Positions 1 through 10,240 of a stretch of DNA of 64,000 nt are shown here, one piece after another (position 1 is the stretch's first letter; each line of letters begins with the position of its first letter). The notes below the pieces were generated by a model. It was not told the DNA's origin, made no database searches, and saw nothing but the letters and a program-made list of their open reading frames with translations. Made by a program: the position numbers and the translations under genes. This stretch comes from an uncultured delta proteobacterium. Lineage in GTDB: Bacteria > Myxococcota_A > Polyangia > Polyangiales > Polyangiaceae. The stretch is taken from contig CAWDXG010000001.1 in assembly GCA_963806225.1 (NCBI GenBank), positions 32,001-96,000 on the forward strand, in the 5' to 3' direction.

Positions 1-2532
1 AGCCGGAGCCTGGTGTCTACGCCGGCGGCGCGGCGCAACATCGCGACACTGCGTGCGCGCTTCGGCATTGGCGCGTCCCTCGCGATCGGCTTCCGGTCTA
101 GCGGCGCCGGCAGTGTGCGAACCGTGCTCCCCGCCGGTGCGAAGCGGGTCGGGTTGAAGAGCGCCAGCGTCGTGCTCCCGGCGCGTGCGAACGGCGCTGT
201 TCGCATCCAGGACGACACCTCGCATCTGGGGGTATCGTTCGCTCTGCGCGGCGCCGGCGCTGTGCCGCTGGCCGTCGCGAACGGCATCGCGCTCTACGCG
301 CGCGCGCTCGGCGGCGCGGACGTGCTGCAGCGACCCAGCGTGGAAGGCACGGAGGACTACGTCGCGTTCGAGCGCGCGCCGGCCGAGGAGCAGCTCGTCT
401 ACGACGTGGACGTCTCGCGCGTAGCGGGCTTGCGCCTCGTCGCCAACACGCTCGAGTTCCTCGATGCGGACGGCGCGCCGCGGCTGCGCGTCGCGCCGCC
501 GCTGGTCGTCGACGCGCGGGGGCGGCATCACTCCGCGAAGCTCGCGCTCGACGGCTGCGCCGCCGACACGAGCCCGCGCGCGCCCTGGGGCCGCGCCGTG
601 ACCCCGCCGGGTTCCGCGAGCTGCCGCGTGCGGGTCACGTGGAGCGGCGTCGCGTATCCGGCGCTGGTCGATCCGTCCTGGGTCGCTACCGGCTCGATGG
701 CGACGCCTCGGGACAGGCACAGCGCGAGCGTGCTTTCGTCGGGCAAGGTCTTGATCGCGGGTGGCGTCAAGAGCAACGGCTATCTCGCGAGCGCGGAGCT
801 CTACGACCCGGGAACCGGAACGTTCGCTGCGACGGGTTCCATGGCGAACCAGCGCTACTCCCACACGGCGAGTGTGCTTCTGTCGGGTCAAGTGCTGGTC
901 GCGGGTGGAGGTCCCGGGGCGAGCGGCGCCACTTCCAGCGCGGAGCTGTACGACCCTTCGACCGGGCAGTTCACGGCCACCGGCTCGATGACGGCAGCGC
1001 GCGCCGAGTACACGGCGAGCCTGCTCGCCTCGGGGAAGGTGTTGATGGCCGGCGGCGTCGACGCGGGCTACACGCCCCAGTCGAGCGCGGAGCTGTACGA
1101 CCCTTCGACCGGGCAGTTCACGGCGACGGGCTCGATGACGACGGAGCACGCCTACCACGCGGCCCCCGTGCTTGGCTCCGGCAAGGTGCTGATCGTGTCG
1201 GGGCGCGACGGCAGCAACGCCGACATCGCGGTCGACGAGCTGTACGACCCATCGACCGGGCAATTCACGGCGACGGGTTCGCTGTCGACTGCCCGCGAGG
1301 CCTTCACTGCGAGCGTGCTCGGGTCGGGCCAGGTGCTGGTTGTGGGTGGCAACAACATCAACAACGGCATCGTCTATCTGTCCAGCGCAGAGCTGTACGA
1401 CCCATCGACCGGGCAGTTCACGGCAACGGGCTCGATGGCAACCGTGCGCGGCTACCACACGGCGAGCGTGCTCGGCTCGGGCCAGGTGCTGGTCGCGGGC
1501 GGGTTCGACATCAACAACCATCTGTCGAGCGCCGAGCTCTACAATCCGTCGAGCGGGACATTCACGGCAACGGGCTCGATGACGTCAGCGCGCTCCGGCC
1601 ACACGGCGAGCGTGCTCGGTTCGGGCCAGGTACTGGTCGCGGGCGGATCCGACGGAAGCGTGCTGCCGAGCGCCGAGCTGTTCGTGCCGGGGACCCTGGG
1701 AACGGGTTGCAGCGGCGACAGCGACTGCACGAGCGGCTACTGCGTAGACGCAGTCTGCTGCAACACCGCGTGCGGCGGGAAATGCGAAGCGTGCACCGCA
1801 GCCAAGACGGGCGGCAGCGACGGCACATGCGCCCCCATCAAGGCCGGCACCGATCCGGACGGGGAGTGTCCCAGCGCGCAGTGCGCCAACGGTGTCGAGA
1901 CTGCAGCGGCCACGTGCGACGGCGCCGGCGCGTGCTCGACGGGCACGTCCACGTCCTGCCAGACGGGCTACGCCTGCGACGGCACAACGTGTGCGACGAG
2001 CTGCAGCGATAGCAGCGTCTGCGCCGCCGGATACACCTGCAACACGTCGAGCTCCAGTTGCGTCCCAGCTACGGACGCGGGAGCGGGCGGCAGCGCGGGC
2101 GCGGGCGGCAATACGGGCGCGGGTGGCAGCGCGGGCGCGGGCGGCAGCGCGGGCGCGGGCGGCAGCGCAGGAGCAGGCGGCAGCGCAGGAGCAGGCGGCA
2201 GCGCAGGAGCAGGCGGCAGCGCGGCTGCGGGCGGTGGTGGCGGCACCGACGGCGGTGCCGGAGCGAGTGGCGGCGGCGCAGCGGGCAGTGGCGCGACCGG
2301 CGGCGCAGCGGGCAGTGGCGCGACCGGCGGCACATCGGGCAGTGGCGCGACCGGCGGCGCAGCGGGCAGTGGCGCGACCGGCGGAGCCGATGCCGGTCGA
2401 CCTTCGGCCGGCTCGAACGACAAGGGCGGCTGCGGCTGCCACACCGCCCCGCACGACCCCGGATCTCCCTGGACGCCGGCCACCGCGCTGCTCGTCGCGG
2501 GGCTCTGCGTCGTGCGGCGAAAGCGACGCTAG
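1..2532 (+). CDS. Kelch-repeat beta-propeller surface protein with Cys-rich region, Gly-rich linker and MYXO-CTERM tail; probably starts upstream of the window
   Basis: About 7 repeats of ATGSM..R..HTAS.L.SG.VLVAGG...SAELYDP; C-terminus GGCGC...LLVAGLCVVRRKRR; frame is open from base 1. Confidence 0.85.
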   Translation, partial: SRSLVSTPAARRNIATLRARFGIGASLAIGFRSSGAGSVRTVLPAGAKRVGLKSASVVLPARANGAVRIQDDTSHLGVSFALRGAGAVPLAVANGIALYARALGGADVLQRPSVEGTEDYVAFERAPAEEQLVYDVDVSRVAGLRLVANTLEFLDADGAPRLRVAPPLVVDARGRHHSAKLALDGCAADTSPRAPWGRAVTPPGSASCRVRVTWSGVAYPALVDPSWVATGSMATPRDRHSASVLSSGKVLIAGGVKSNGYLASAELYDPGTGTFAATGSMANQRYSHTASVLLSGQVLVAGGGPGASGATSSAELYDPSTGQFTATGSMTAARAEYTASLLASGKVLMAGGVDAGYTPQSSAELYDPSTGQFTATGSMTTEHAYHAAPVLGSGKVLIVSGRDGSNADIAVDELYDPSTGQFTATGSLSTAREAFTASVLGSGQVLVVGGNNINNGIVYLSSAELYDPSTGQFTATGSMATVRGYHTASVLGSGQVLVAGGFDINNHLSSAELYNPSSGTFTATGSMTSARSGHTASVLGSGQVLVAGGSDGSVLPSAELFVPGTLGTGCSGDSDCTSGYCVDAVCCNTACGGKCEACTAAKTGGSDGTCAPIKAGTDPDGECPSAQCANGVETAAATCDGAGACSTGTSTSCQTGYACDGTTCATSCSDSSVCAAGYTCNTSSSSCVPATDAGAGGSAGAGGNTGAGGSAGAGGSAGAGGSAGAGGSAGAGGSAGAGGSAAAGGGGGTDGGAGASGGGAAGSGATGGAAGSGATGGTSGSGATGGAAGSGATGGADAGRPSAGSNDKGGCGCHTAPHDPGSPWTPATALLVAGLCVVRRKRR

Positions 2533-3003
2533 CGCTGGGCCCGAGATCACGGCGACCCCCGCGCGGTCCTCGTGCGACACGACGAGTTCACTCCACCCCG
2601 CGCGACAGTTCCCGACGCACCCGCGCCAGGGGCTCCCCCGCGACGGCACTCACGAGCAGCCGTATCCGCCGCGTGCCGTTGTTCCCTGCGCTGCCTGGAT
2701 GTCGCGACTCGGTTGGTCGATGTCGTCGACGCCCGGTAGCTCGATGGGATAGTGCCGCGCGCGCAACTCGAGTCGCTCGGCAGGCTCGGAAAGAGGCGTC
2801 GCACGTTCACTTCGCGCTTGACAGGTTTTCCGGGACAGCGCGTTTCGATTCCGCCGCTTTGTGTTCAAAACGCAATTGCGACGACGAGGCGACGCGCTGG
2901 CGGCTTTTCGATGTTGTGGGGGTTCATCGAGTCGGCTCGCCACGTGAAAGCGCGCCCACGTCGCAGCGGCGAGGCCTCCAGAACAGGGTGCAGGTTGCTT
3001 GGC

Positions 3004-3511
3004 ATGAACGCGCTCATCACCGCTTCCACCACGAACCGCTACGATCTCGCCGGGCTCTCCGACGACGCGCTGCTCGCCGGCACGCGCCGCCTCGTCGCGG
3101 GCGCCAACCACGCGCTCGCCGCCCTGCTCGCGCACCTTGCCGAGGTCGAAACGCGCGGCATCCACAGCGCGCGAGCCTGCGCGAGCCTGTACGCCTACTG
3201 CATCTACGAGCTTCGAATGTCCGAGGACGCCGCCTTCCGCCGCGCCAAGGCCGCGCGTCTGTGCCGGAAATTTCCCACGCTGTTCGACGCGGTCGCGGGC
3301 GGCGAGTTGCACCTCACGGGCCTGCTCATGCTCGGTCCGCATCTGACCGACGAGAACCTCGCCGACACGCTCGCCCGCGCGAAGCACCGCACCAAGCGCG
3401 AGATCCAGAAGCTCGTGCGGGAGCTCGATCCACTGCCCGATGTACCGCCGCGCATCGAGCCGCTCGGTCCCGAGCTCACGTCGCCGCGCAACCCGACCTG
3501 GAGCGAATTCG
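3004..3511 (+). pseudogene. N-terminal part of a DUF222/HNH-endonuclease-type myxobacterial protein, C-terminus lost
   Basis: LSDDALL...LLAHLAEVETR...SLYAYC..ELRMSEDAAFRR..AAR..RKFP pattern; runs into IS91-derived sequence near 3512. Confidence 0.6.
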
Positions 3512-3626
3512 CATCCGCTCTCGCTGCTCGTGCGGCTCGCGACCGCCGTGCCGCCCCCACGTTTCAACAGCGTGCGCTACGCCGGAGTGTCGCGGCAAAT
3601 AGCAAATGGAGAGCACGCGTCGTTCC
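3512..3626 (+). mobile_element. Diverged internal fragment of the IS91-family transposase
   Basis: Translates, with a frameshift, to PLSLLVRLATAVPPPRFNSVRYAGV..ANSKWRARVVP, matching the other copies. Confidence 0.7.
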
Positions 3627-4722
3627 GCGCGTAGGTAACATGAGCGTCCTGCCCGCGACGCCAGGGCGCGCAGGCTCCGGGCGGCAAGGGAGCAGGTGCG
3701 GTTGCCAGGGCGGATAGGAAGGCTGCGGCGTGGCCATTCGGCGCTCGGTCGGGCCTGCGTCGCGGCGGGTAGCGCGCTCGAGGCGCACCGGTGCGCCGGC
3801 GACGGCGCGTTCAGTGCGCGTCGAACAGCTCCGCCTGCACGGGCTCACCGAGCTTGCGACGGAGGGCAACGCTCTGGAAGAACGGCGGCCCCCGCGCGGG
3901 CGCGAGCGCGGGCGGCTCGCTGGCCTCGCCGAGCCAGCGGAGGTAGCGGCGGATGCCGGCGGCGGTGATGACCAGAGCGCGCAATTTCATGCGTCCGCCG
4001 CACTTGTTGCAGCGCTCGACCTCGATGCGGAAGGAGCGCTTCAAGAGCTCCGCCCACGGGCGATAACCCGAGCGGTGGGTGGCCGGCTTGGCCTTCCTGG
4101 CGGTGCACCTCGCGCACTCGTCGTCGCTGCCTGTTTCCGGTGGCAGCGGCGGCACGATGCGCGCGCGCCACTTGCTCGCCGCCGCGAGCACGCCGGCGTA
4201 TCTCACCGTGTTGAAGCGCGGGGGCGGCACCGCCGTCGCGAGCCGGCAGAGGAGCGAGAGCGGATCCAGATCGATGGCGAATGTCCCGTCGCTGAACGGC
4301 CGCTTCAGCACCAGGCGGACGAGGTCGCCCTCGACGAGCTGCACGCGCTCGGCGGCGATCGGCGGGCGGAGGATGTAGCGGCAGAGGGCTTCCTTTCCCG
4401 CGACGTCGCTGGCGCTCGCGGTAGTGGCGGCATGGAGCGAGAAGCCGCCCTCCACGGCGCACAGACCCTTGGTGACTTCCAGGCCGCGGTCGTCGCGCAG
4501 CCGGACGGGCTCGCGGCGGCGCAGCGCGGGTCCTGCCGGCACGCTGCCGAGCGTCGAGGCGACGGCGAGCTCTGCCAGCGCGGGCTCGCTCTCGCCGAGC
4601 GCGGCGTCGGCCGTGACGCGTCGTCGGTGATCACGCGCTTGCGACGGAGGAGCGCGAGGATGCGCGTGCGCGCGATCTGCAAGAGGTCGGCGACGTCGTC
4701 GTTGGTGAGACACGGCAGCGCG
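3627..4722 (-). mobile_element. IS91/ISCR-like element copy A, 5'-truncated, 1-bp deletion near 4618
   Basis: Reverse complement is near-identical to about 11680-12775; motifs GFSLHA, CRYILRPP, PPPRFNTVRYAGV, C..CGG. Confidence 0.9.
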
Positions 4723-4739
4723 GTCCCAGCGCAACATGG

Positions 4740-4949
4740 GTCGCCCAGCAGCTCATCGTGCTCGGCGAAGGGCACGTGCATCGTGTGCTGGGTGAGTACT
4801 GCTTTGCGTACTTCAATCGGGCGCGGCCTCATCAGGGCATCGGACAGCTCATCCCGATCGGTTCGTCCTCTGCTGGCGCAGGAAGCGGAGCGGTCACCCG
4901 GCGGTCCATACTGAACGGGCTTCATCACGACTACCGGCGAGCCGCGTGA
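4740..4949 (+). pseudogene. C-terminal remnant of an rve/integrase-core transposase
   Basis: LIVLGEGHVHRVLGEY..YFNRARPHQGIGQ.IP...ILNGLHHDYRRAA is a typical integrase-core tail. Confidence 0.75.
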
Positions 4950-5102
4950 CGGGGGCTTTCATGCCTGCGGATGATTCAGGTAGCCAGCACAACGGCAGGA
5001 CGCCGCCGTCGGAGCAGTGCTCGGGCAGGACGCATTGGCGCGCGAAAGCTCCCCGTCCCCACCAGGCAGCGCGAAGCCAAAAGCAGGCCGAGTAGCTGAG
5101 CG

Positions 5103-5424
5103 CTACGGGGGCGTCTTGCAGGCGTAGCTGTAGCACTGACACGATTCGGAGAAACCCTCCCCCGAACAATCCGGATCGGCGATTTCGTTTGGGCACTCGT
5201 ACACGTACGGGTACTCCGGTGGATGTCCGTCGGGAGCGTCGGCCATGATTCCGACATACTTGCACACATCATGAATGCGCTGACCGGCATCGCCCGCATC
5301 GAACGCTCCGTCATGGTTCCCGGAATCGCGATGTCCGGCGTCTTCGCGGCCAGCATCGTGCGGCCCAGCATCCTTGTGCGAGGCATCGTGATGCGCCTGG
5401 CCTGCATCGGGCGGGCTCGTACTT
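5103..5424 (-). pseudogene. 3' remnant of a DAG-repeat, Cys-rich secreted protein (not in the ORF track)
   Basis: Minus frame reads PDAGQAHHDASHKDAGPHDAG...ECPNEIADPDCSGEGFSESCQCYSYACKTPP*; in-frame stop upstream and no start codon. Confidence 0.5.
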
Positions 5425-5514
5425 CACGTCGAGCTCAATCTAGCCGAACCCGGGCCCGGGGGAATAGCCGCGCGACGCGTCTGTAGCACGCCCGTGCGCG
5501 GCGGCGGTCTGCGA

Positions 5515-6669
5515 TCAGCGCGTCCAGCGCAGCAGCGCTCCGTCGGACCTGAAAATGTAGACGAAACCGTCGGCGGCGGCCAGCTTGTCGATCTGGATGT
5601 CAGGAAGCAGGACCTGGTCGGCAAGGTCCGGCAAGCTGACACCCTCGAGACCGTTGTCGGTGGCGACCAGAACCTCGTTGCCCATGATGGCGACGGCCCC
5701 GGCTCGGATGCTGGCAGTTTGCGTCTTCTTCGTTGAAAACGAGTAGACGCCTAGGTTCTGGCCGTCTCCCCATGCTGCATACGAGTCGCTCGCGTCGAGG
5801 TCCCGTATCAGGTTCATGGAGGTGGGCAGGTTCGTCACCTGGCCGGAGCTGGACACCAGGAAAGGAGTCTCGTTCGTCCCGCCCTGGCGCTCTGCATCGA
5901 CCACCAGCCCTCCATCCGGCGCCGGGGCCATGCGCATGACGTTGACATTGTTCATCACCGCTCCGGCAGTCCCACCCGTCTTGGGTGTCGACCAGATGGT
6001 TCCGGGGTTGAAGCCGCTCGAGAAGTAGTCCGCCCAGAACAGCGTGGTGCCCTGCAGCACGATCGCCGAAGGAGAGTACTGGTTCCCCGCGAGAAGCGTT
6101 GCCTGCCCGCCTTCTGGAGTGAAATAGACCGCGCTGCCGGGCGACCCGTCGTTGATCGACTCGGCCCAGTACACGCCGCCATCCGCGACAAAGAATGCGC
6201 CGACGAAGCCTCCACCAATGACGACCTTGTGGCCGCTACCATCGGTCGCTGCGCGCTCGAGGTCTTCGTCGCCGTTTATCCAGTAGACGAAATTGCCGGC
6301 GACGGCGGGCCTCGTGTTCGACTTGTCCGCCATGTTCTGGCCCAGCAAGACCGGTTTGCAGGCCCCCGCACTGCAGTCCGAGCCGCGGCAATCGTGCCCG
6401 CACGCGCCACAATTCGCAGGGTCCACCTGGGTGTCGACCGGGCCACCGGGGCAGTCGGTCAGCGCGGGGCCATCGCTGCCCGCATCGGATGTCGAGTTCG
6501 ACGGAGCGGGACTCGAGTTCGAGCTCGACGAGCAGCCGGAAACGACGGCGGCGGTCGCAAGCGACGCGCAGACAAGCGCCCACCATGGAGCCCTGTCGAG
6601 TCCAGCGCTTCTGCGCAGAAAAACACTCTTGCCAGACGCAATAGTCGTAATAGCCATTTGAAACTCCAT
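5515..6669 (-). CDS. Lipoprotein with Cys-rich motif and beta-propeller-like repeats
   Basis: Lipobox VSGC; DPANCGACGHDC motif; repeated VYW/LFW strands; true start uncertain. Confidence 0.7.
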   Translation of the reverse strand: MEFQMAITTIASGKSVFLRRSAGLDRAPWWALVCASLATAAVVSGCSSSSNSSPAPSNSTSDAGSDGPALTDCPGGPVDTQVDPANCGACGHDCRGSDCSAGACKPVLLGQNMADKSNTRPAVAGNFVYWINGDEDLERAATDGSGHKVVIGGGFVGAFFVADGGVYWAESINDGSPGSAVYFTPEGGQATLLAGNQYSPSAIVLQGTTLFWADYFSSGFNPGTIWSTPKTGGTAGAVMNNVNVMRMAPAPDGGLVVDAERQGGTNETPFLVSSSGQVTNLPTSMNLIRDLDASDSYAAWGDGQNLGVYSFSTKKTQTASIRAGAVAIMGNEVLVATDNGLEGVSLPDLADQVLLPDIQIDKLAAADGFVYIFRSDGALLRWTR

Positions 6670-6740
6670 GCGGGTGGTGCCCGTTCGACGATCAACCAGC
6701 CGTCTTCCTCGAAGTTGCCGGCGGGCGTTGGCACGAGGAC

Positions 6741-7973
6741 TCAGCGCTTGGCGGCTCGCGACACAGAAGCCGCGCCGCCGTCGAAGCTCGACCAGTAGAC
6801 GCCGGAATCATCCACGGCAAGCGACGTGGGACATGCCGGAGAGTTGTGACTGATGCTGACGGGGGACTTCGACAGATCGAGAGGGCGGTACCACACGTCG
6901 TTGTCGGGGCTGCTGTTGCACTGAGAGGTGATGCTCGTCCAGTAGACGTTGTCCTTGTCCAAGGCGACCGTGTACGGACCCGTGTCCTTGTTCGCTGCTT
7001 CGTCCGAGTACACGGTTTCCCAGGTTCCACCGGCACGGGGCGCGCGTCCGACGACCCCCGAGCCGTTGCCGGTAGTCGCGAAGTAGATGTGGGTGTCGTT
7101 GATGGCGATCCCGTAGGGCCCACCGGGAATGTCCGTGACCCAGCTCCCATACATGCCCTGGTCCGCGAACGACCAGAAGCTCACCTCTCCGGTGTATGCA
7201 CTGTCGGGATACTCGGTGTCCGTTACGTAGATACCGCTCGAATCCACCGCGAGGAAGGAGTAGCTCACGCTGCTGAACAGCTCGGTACGAGCGCCACCCG
7301 CGAGGGGCGCCGAGTAGAGCGTTCCATCCAGAACGTTCACGCCGCCACAGTTGACGGTGGGGAGCACCGTACAATTGCGGTCCGTGAAGTACAGAGTATC
7401 CTGGAACGCCTTCAAGTCCACCACGACTCCGGCGTCCGGCACGGCTTCCGTCACGTTGCTTCCATCCAGGTCCGCGCGGAAGATCTTCTGTTGCGTCGCA
7501 TTCGCGAAATAGACCGCGGTCGCGGTCGCCGTGACGGCCGTGATGCTGTCGCCCTTCGCCACCCACGTCGTCGCGCCGCCCGCCTTGGGCACGATGGCGA
7601 GCCCTCCGCCCGTCTTGGGTTGGTTGTAGTTAGGAAATTCGCCGAATTGGCCCGCGTCCGACACGTAGAGATTGGTGTCCCCGAGCGCCACCTGCGTGGG
7701 GTGGAACATGCCACCGGCGAGGACCTCCGCGGGCGCGAAGCCACCGACGTTGCCGCTGCCCCCCGAGCCCGCAGCTCCGGCCGCCCCGCCTGCACCGCTC
7801 CCCGCGGTTCCCCCCGCACCAGTTCCCCCCGCACCAGTTCCCCCCGCACCAGTTCCCCCCGCACCCGCTCCCGCGGCGCCGCCCGTTCCAGGGCTCACGC
7901 CGCCGGAATTGCTGCTCTCCCCACAGCCTGCGAGCAGAAGCATGCCGAGGCCGACCACGATCAGGCGATTCAT
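6741..7973 (-). CDS. Lipoprotein with Gly-rich linker and beta-propeller-like domain
   Basis: MNRLIVVGLGMLLLAGC lipobox; GTGAG repeats; LAVD..GVYW-type blades. Confidence 0.8.
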   Translation of the reverse strand: MNRLIVVGLGMLLLAGCGESSNSGGVSPGTGGAAGAGAGGTGAGGTGAGGTGAGGTAGSGAGGAAGAAGSGGSGNVGGFAPAEVLAGGMFHPTQVALGDTNLYVSDAGQFGEFPNYNQPKTGGGLAIVPKAGGATTWVAKGDSITAVTATATAVYFANATQQKIFRADLDGSNVTEAVPDAGVVVDLKAFQDTLYFTDRNCTVLPTVNCGGVNVLDGTLYSAPLAGGARTELFSSVSYSFLAVDSSGIYVTDTEYPDSAYTGEVSFWSFADQGMYGSWVTDIPGGPYGIAINDTHIYFATTGNGSGVVGRAPRAGGTWETVYSDEAANKDTGPYTVALDKDNVYWTSITSQCNSSPDNDVWYRPLDLSKSPVSISHNSPACPTSLAVDDSGVYWSSFDGGAASVSRAAKR

Positions 7974-8048
7974 GTCTCGTAATACGTCTCGTCGCGCTTG
8001 CAGCTTCCTCCAGCACGCCGAAGGCTGATCCGTGAAGAGCTGGCCGAG

Positions 8049-8879
8049 TCAGAGGATCTGCACATCGCAGATCTTATGTGCGGGATTCAAGTCGAGGTGC
8101 AGATGACCGCCCTCGAGATAGATGAAGTGGAATTGCGCCGCGCAAGCCGCGTTCGCCATGGTCTGTGTCGGAGTAAGCGGGATGTCCGCAGCGTCGCCCC
8201 AGCTGTGACGCGAACGCGCGGCGCAGATGCCCGGACACGACGGCTGCCCACACTTCTGCATGCACACGTCGCGTTGGTGCTGCGGCGAGCGGTAACCGCT
8301 CGAGAGAATCACGGCCTTGCCGATGTTCTTCCGGTACGCGTCTAGCTTCGCGATCAGATCCGGCGACACCAGCACCTTGTGCGAGTACGGCAGCTCGGTC
8401 GAGACCAGCTCCGAGAGCTTGAAGTACGTGCCCACCTGCACGGTGACCGGATAGGTCACGCCCGCTGTCGGGTCGTCGAGCTTGTCGACGTCGAGGAAAC
8501 ACGTCGGCAGTGGGTAGTTACCGGTGTCGGCGATGGGCGTGTACGCGTCCGTCATCGCCTGGTCGGGATAAGTCTGGATGTGGACGCCGGTCGGAAACGC
8601 GAGCACCGGGCAGCCACCCGTGTCGTCGGGGATCCCTGAACCGTCCGCAGCCGCATCCGTCGCGTCGCTCGCGTCGAGGTCCGCGCCCGCGTCGCTCGCG
8701 TCGAGGTCCGCGCCCGCGTCGCTCGAGGACCAGCCGCCAGCTTCGTCCGACCAGCTGCCCGCGTCGGAGCCACTTGCGTCTCGGCCGTTGCTTGCAACGC
8801 CGTCCGCGCGGCCTGCGCAAGCCGTCAAGCCCAGCACGCAGAGAGAAGCGAACAGCGATGCGTAGATCCCCCGTGACAT
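8049..8879 (-). CDS. Lipoprotein with peptidase M15 (Zn D-Ala-D-Ala peptidase-like) domain
   Basis: Lipobox LTAC; SSGYRS, SRH..GDAADI and HLHLD motifs. Confidence 0.8.
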   Translation of the reverse strand: MSRGIYASLFASLCVLGLTACAGRADGVASNGRDASGSDAGSWSDEAGGWSSSDAGADLDASDAGADLDASDATDAAADGSGIPDDTGGCPVLAFPTGVHIQTYPDQAMTDAYTPIADTGNYPLPTCFLDVDKLDDPTAGVTYPVTVQVGTYFKLSELVSTELPYSHKVLVSPDLIAKLDAYRKNIGKAVILSSGYRSPQHQRDVCMQKCGQPSCPGICAARSRHSWGDAADIPLTPTQTMANAACAAQFHFIYLEGGHLHLDLNPAHKICDVQIL

Positions 8880-9039
8880 TGTCCTGCAATATCACGACCG
8901 GCCAGCGCCCCAGGAGACAGGGCGCGCCATACAACGGGACACTCCGCGCCACACTCGGTATCCGGCGGACTTCCACGCGGGTCTGCGGCGTATCCGGGAG
9001 CGCTGCCCACTCTGGGCGCTCCGCGGTAGACTGCAGCGC

Positions 9040-10071
9040 GTGACGGTAGTCATGCGGTCCAAGCTCGTGCCCCTGCTTCTGGGTCACGCGCGCAGCCGGG
9101 GCCGCGACGACGCGCGGCTCGCCGACCGGTTCGGCATTCCTCCTGCGTGCCGCGACGCAACGACCTGGAACCTCGACGCCCCTCCGCTGCCCATGCCGGT
9201 TGTGATCGAGCTCGGCAACGCTGTCGCAGTCGAGCTCGCGGACGACTGGCTCGGCGTCAGCCTGGCGAGGGATTTGCCGCGCGGCGCGTTCGGGGCGCAG
9301 GAGTTCGCGGTCCGGAATGCGCCGACTATCGGAGAGGCCGCCTTGAGGCTGGTGCGCTACCAGCGCCTGACGAACGACGCGATTGTCTGGCACGCCGAGC
9401 GCACGGCCGACTGCTCGATGTTGGGCTTGTCCGTACCCGGCGCTCCAGGCGGGCTCGGCCGGCATCTCGACGAGTTCCTGGTCGCGGTCGCCCTGCGCTA
9501 CATACGCGAGCTTGCAGGCGAGCAGCTCGTCCCTGAACGCGTGGAGTTCGCGCACGCCGAACGTCCTCCCGACGTTCGCACGCTCTCGGGGCTGCTTGCC
9601 ATTCCAGAGCCGGGGTTTGGTACGGGGACGAACATCATGGTGTTCAAGGCGGAAGTGTGGGACCGGGCGGTCCCCACGGCCGACTCCGCACTGCTGCCGA
9701 TCATCGAGCAGTACGCCCAGCAGCTGATGCCGATCGAAGACCCGTCGCGCAGCTGGCGGGCCCGGGTCCGCGACTATCTCCGCCGGCAACTGTCGGGCGG
9801 CGCTCCGACCCTGGAGGTGACCGCCGAGGCTGTCGGCATGACCACGCGCTCGCTCCAGCGTCGGCTGCAGGAGGCGCAGACGACGTACCGCGAGCTACTC
9901 GACGGGCTGCGCGAGTCGGAAGCACGCCGGCTTCTCGGAGCGACGAATCTATCGGTCGACGAGATCTCGTTTCTCCTTGGGTATTCCGAACGACGCGCGT
10001 TCATCCGCGCGTTCACCCGTTGGACCGGCACGACGCCAGGAGCGTACCGCGACGGACTCCCGACTCAGTGA
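9040..10071 (+). CDS. AraC-family transcriptional regulator
   Basis: C-terminal double HTH: MTTRSLQRRLQE...ISFLLGYSERRAFIRAFTRWTGTTPGAYR. Confidence 0.92.
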   Translation: MTVVMRSKLVPLLLGHARSRGRDDARLADRFGIPPACRDATTWNLDAPPLPMPVVIELGNAVAVELADDWLGVSLARDLPRGAFGAQEFAVRNAPTIGEAALRLVRYQRLTNDAIVWHAERTADCSMLGLSVPGAPGGLGRHLDEFLVAVALRYIRELAGEQLVPERVEFAHAERPPDVRTLSGLLAIPEPGFGTGTNIMVFKAEVWDRAVPTADSALLPIIEQYAQQLMPIEDPSRSWRARVRDYLRRQLSGGAPTLEVTAEAVGMTTRSLQRRLQEAQTTYRELLDGLRESEARRLLGATNLSVDEISFLLGYSERRAFIRAFTRWTGTTPGAYRDGLPTQ

Positions 10072-10240
10072 CCAGTGACCGCCGCCTGGATCGCCTCGAT
10101 CGCCACGCGCTATGGCCCCGCGTCGTGCGCGGCGAGCCGATCCGTCCAGCTCGGCTTCGCCCACCATGTCACCGAGCCACGTGGAGTAGGTCGAGCCGTC
10201 CACCTCCGCGTTGTAGTAGCCGGCCAGCACGACGGTCAGG